Shown here piece by piece: positions 63,536-64,000 of a stretch of 64,000 nt of DNA. The translations under genes and the position numbers were made by a program. This DNA comes from Octopus sinensis (taxonomy: Eukaryota), in the NCBI RefSeq assembly GCF_006345805.1, contig NC_043011.1:53828464-53892463 (forward strand), written 5' to 3'. The notes under the pieces are model-generated. The model saw nothing but the letters and a program-made list of their open reading frames with translations. It ran no database searches and was not told where the DNA came from. Numbering within the stretch: the first letter of the stretch is position 1; every line of letters begins with the position of its first letter.

Positions 63536-64000
63536 TGGATCCTTGATCAATATCCAGCACAATAGTCTACCAATCAAAGCATGGGATTCAATAAGTGTTC
63601 CAAACACACATGATGAGTTAGATGACCAATCATTACAGATTAACATAGTGAGCCTATTAGAGGTTAACTGACTTCAATATACCATAATAGAAATTGGTCT
63701 TGCCACAGCCCCTTGACCATTAAATAACCTTCTTGGAACTACCATCTTCAAAGTTGAATTGGTCAAAGCTCTTTGAAGTCACAGTAGAGCACTCGTTGGA
63801 CAGGTTGAACACAATTCTGATTGTATAAGGAAAATGTGCACATATAATGTTAGCTAGGAGCATATATGTGAAGGTGCATCTCCTAATTGGCTGTTGCATT
63901 TACAATCACAAGTTTGTGGTTTTGGTTTCCAGGTGCATTGTATTCTTAAGCAAAACACTTCAATTCACATTGCTCCTGTGTACTTAACTGAATAACTCTA

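Noticed and set aside
2309-63671. Most ORFs in the supplied track (poly-V, T, H, I, YI, CV and similar)
   Set aside because: They are translations of di- and trinucleotide microsatellites, or of SINE bodies that recur many times; no gene-like composition

Overview
Eukaryotic, AT-rich, repeat-saturated DNA, most likely from Octopus. That assignment is inferred from the tRNA-derived SINE families and the extreme microsatellite load, not from a database search. No intact host protein-coding gene can be supported, and nearly all ORFs in the supplied track are microsatellite translations or TE fragments. The window holds: four abundant SINE-type families; 3' fragments of CR1-like, RTE-like and R4/Dong-like LINEs; a Penelope-like (GIY-YIG) cluster at 8.5-11.3 kb; many decayed Tc1/mariner transposase relics; a piggyBac-type MITE; a 5'-truncated 5S rRNA pseudogene; 84-bp and 30-bp minisatellites; and several local duplications. 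The most interesting signals are three. (1) A nearly complete type I hammerhead ribozyme at 11113-11179 in an ORF-less inverted/direct-repeat element, with four more hammerhead half-motifs at Penelope-type ends. (2) Two independent multimeric SINE arrays with the same internal junction, one bounded by a single 15-bp TSD. (3) Retroelement families that appear to partition different microsatellites as landing sites. All family assignments come from motif recall and need Repbase/Dfam/Rfam confirmation.
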